DNA of 64,000 nt from positions 1 through 64,000 of the forward strand of contig JBOFUV010000022.1 of NCBI GenBank assembly GCA_051652765.1, given 5' to 3'. The notes under the pieces are model-generated. The model had not been told where the DNA came from and made no database searches. It saw nothing but the letters and a program-made list of their open reading frames with translations. Every line of letters begins with the position of its first letter. Position 1 is the first letter of the stretch. The position numbers and the translations under genes were made by a program. This document shows positions 62,444 through 64,000 of the stretch, piece by piece. The DNA comes from Microcoleaceae cyanobacterium (GTDB taxonomy: Bacteria; Cyanobacteriota; Cyanobacteriia; Cyanobacteriales; Microcoleaceae).

Positions 62444-62605
62444 CACCGTCAATTCGTCGGTGGAATGTGGGACGAGATTGGGAAGTTACAGTTTGACTTT
62501 CTCTTGGCCAACAACTTGAAACCTAGCTCCAAGTTTCTCGACGTGGGTTGCGGGGCGCTCCGAGGTGGCATTCCTTTTGTACCTTATTTGGACAAAGGGA
62601 ATTAG
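62444..62605 (+). pseudogene. Class I SAM-methyltransferase fragment
   Basis: HRQFVGGMWDEIGKLQFDFLLANNLKPSSKFLDVGCGALRGGIPFVPYLDKGN*. Confidence 0.65.
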
Positions 62606-62815
62606 CGGACTGAACGCTCTATCCTCCATTCAGCAAGTATCTCAGCTATCTTGTCACCCTTAAAGCCGGATTTGATATGAAAATTTTGCGAAAGGCCAAT
62701 CATCGAGGGTTCACGGACAGCAGTTAGGACAGGGAGTTGGAAGTTAGGAGTTGAGCACGGGGGTTAAATCAAGCAAAACGGCTGTGAATGACTGTCACTT
62801 CAGAAACCAGAACTG

Positions 62816-64000
62816 CTAATCCCGAAGTTTTTCAGCCCACACGCGAGTCGGCAGACCCCAAACATAAATGAACCCTTCGGCGGCTTTGTGGTCAAAGACA
62901 TCCTCTCCACCGTAGGTGGCCAGACCAAAACTATAGATGGAATTTTCAGACTGGCGACCAACAATTGTGGCATTGCCCTTGAACAATTTAATCCGAACTG
63001 CTCCGGTGACCCGTGCTTGAGTATTCTGAACAAAGGCATCCAGGGCTGCCTTCAGAGGACTGAACCAAAGCCCATTGTAAACAAGCTGGCTGTAGGTTTC
63101 TTCAATCCCCCGTTTGTAGCGAGTCACATCAGCGGTGAGCACCAGACTTTCTAAATCGCGATGGGCTTGAACCAGCACCACCATGGCAGGACACTCATAA
63201 ATTTCCCGAGACTTAATTCCCACTAAACGGTTCTCCACCATGTCAATTCGACCCACGCCGTGACCTCCGGCCAGGATATTTAACTGACTGATGAGTTCCA
63301 CTCCGCCTAGTTTCTGCCCATTTAAACTGACTGGAATCCCCTGTTCAAAGCCAATTTCGATATAATCTGGTTCATTCGGGGTATTGGCGATTCCCTGGGT
63401 CATGGTATAGATTTCTTCCAAGGGCTCCGTCCAGGGATCTTCCAAATGTCCCGCTTCAATGGCTCGACCCAACAGGTTCAGGTCAATGCTGTAGGGAGAA
63501 GACTTTTTCACAGCAAAGGTGATGCCATGTTTTTCACCATAGGCGATCGCCTCTTCCCGACTCATGCCCCATTCCCGAGCCGGAGCCAGGATTTTCAGAT
63601 GGGGATTCAGGGCGGCGATGGAAACATCAAACCGCACCTGGTCGTTGCCCTTGCCCGTACAGCCGTGGGCGATCGCATCTGCTCCATATTTCTCTGCCGT
63701 CTCGACCAAAAGCTGGGCAATCAAGGGCCGAGCCAGGGCCGTAGATAAAGGATAGCGATTTTCATACAGGGCATTGGCCTGAATCGCCGGAAAGGCAAAT
63801 TCTTGCACAAAGCGGTCTTGAACATCAATGACTAGGGACTCACTGGCCCCTGAATCTAGGGCTTTTTGTCGGACGGGCTCGAGTTCGGCCCCTTGGCCCA
63901 AATCAACGGCAAGGGTAATCACCTCTTGAACCCCGTACTCATTTTTAAGATATGGAATACAAACAGAGGTATCAACCCCTCCGGAATATGCCAGTACTGC
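62816..64000 (-). CDS. argG: Argininosuccinate synthase (5' end beyond the window)
   Basis: [42 protein letters not shown]. Confidence 0.97.
   Translation of the reverse strand, partial: AVLAYSGGVDTSVCIPYLKNEYGVQEVITLAVDLGQGAELEPVRQKALDSGASESLVIDVQDRFVQEFAFPAIQANALYENRYPLSTALARPLIAQLLVETAEKYGADAIAHGCTGKGNDQVRFDVSIAALNPHLKILAPAREWGMSREEAIAYGEKHGITFAVKKSSPYSIDLNLLGRAIEAGHLEDPWTEPLEEIYTMTQGIANTPNEPDYIEIGFEQGIPVSLNGQKLGGVELISQLNILAGGHGVGRIDMVENRLVGIKSREIYECPAMVVLVQAHRDLESLVLTADVTRYKRGIEETYSQLVYNGLWFSPLKAALDAFVQNTQARVTGAVRIKLFKGNATIVGRQSENSIYSFGLATYGGEDVFDHKAAEGFIYVWGLPTRVWAEKLRD

Noticed and set aside
1..64000. HIP1 (GCGATCGC) abundance as a novelty; tRNA, rRNA or integron-integrase genes
   Set aside because: HIP1 is a well-known cyanobacterial feature; no RNA gene or tyrosine recombinase was recognisable by eye.

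Overview
Chromosomal window from a cyanobacterium, inferred from frequent HIP1 octamers (GCGATCGC), plmA, a second S1-type protein and pentapeptide-repeat proteins. Positions 1-35000 are mostly core or semi-core genes: a partial Wza-like exporter, clpB, a HAMP histidine kinase, serS, an ABC1 kinase, a multi-receiver response regulator, a degraded TPR-CHAT protease, a PstS-like/DUF4912 protein, mtnP, plmA, ppx, dedA and rpsF. Positions 35091-46148 are a surface-glycan glycosyltransferase/flippase cluster. Positions ~46700-57300 are an accessory island that reads as an integron-cassette array with no integrase in the window, carrying five attC-like hairpins. The first cassette appears to be about 4.75 kb long. 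It runs from GTTATGCCGC (47710) to an attC that starts with the exact complement GCGGCATAAC (52355). It carries a Type IIG/IIL-like restriction-modification enzyme split into two genes, with a DUF2281/PIN toxin-antitoxin pair translationally coupled in the gap, followed by a Uma2 nuclease. Its upstream boundary is not a normal attC but an array of 23-bp palindromes at 41-bp spacing. Downstream are an ORF-less cassette, SnoaL and GNAT cassettes, an inverted BrnT/BrnA cassette that interrupts a relE-like gene, and a lipoprotein cassette. The window ends with a PhnB-like VOC gene, a TIGR03032-TPR-glycosyltransferase fusion, gene remnants and argG (partial). All family assignments come from motif recognition by eye, not database searches.
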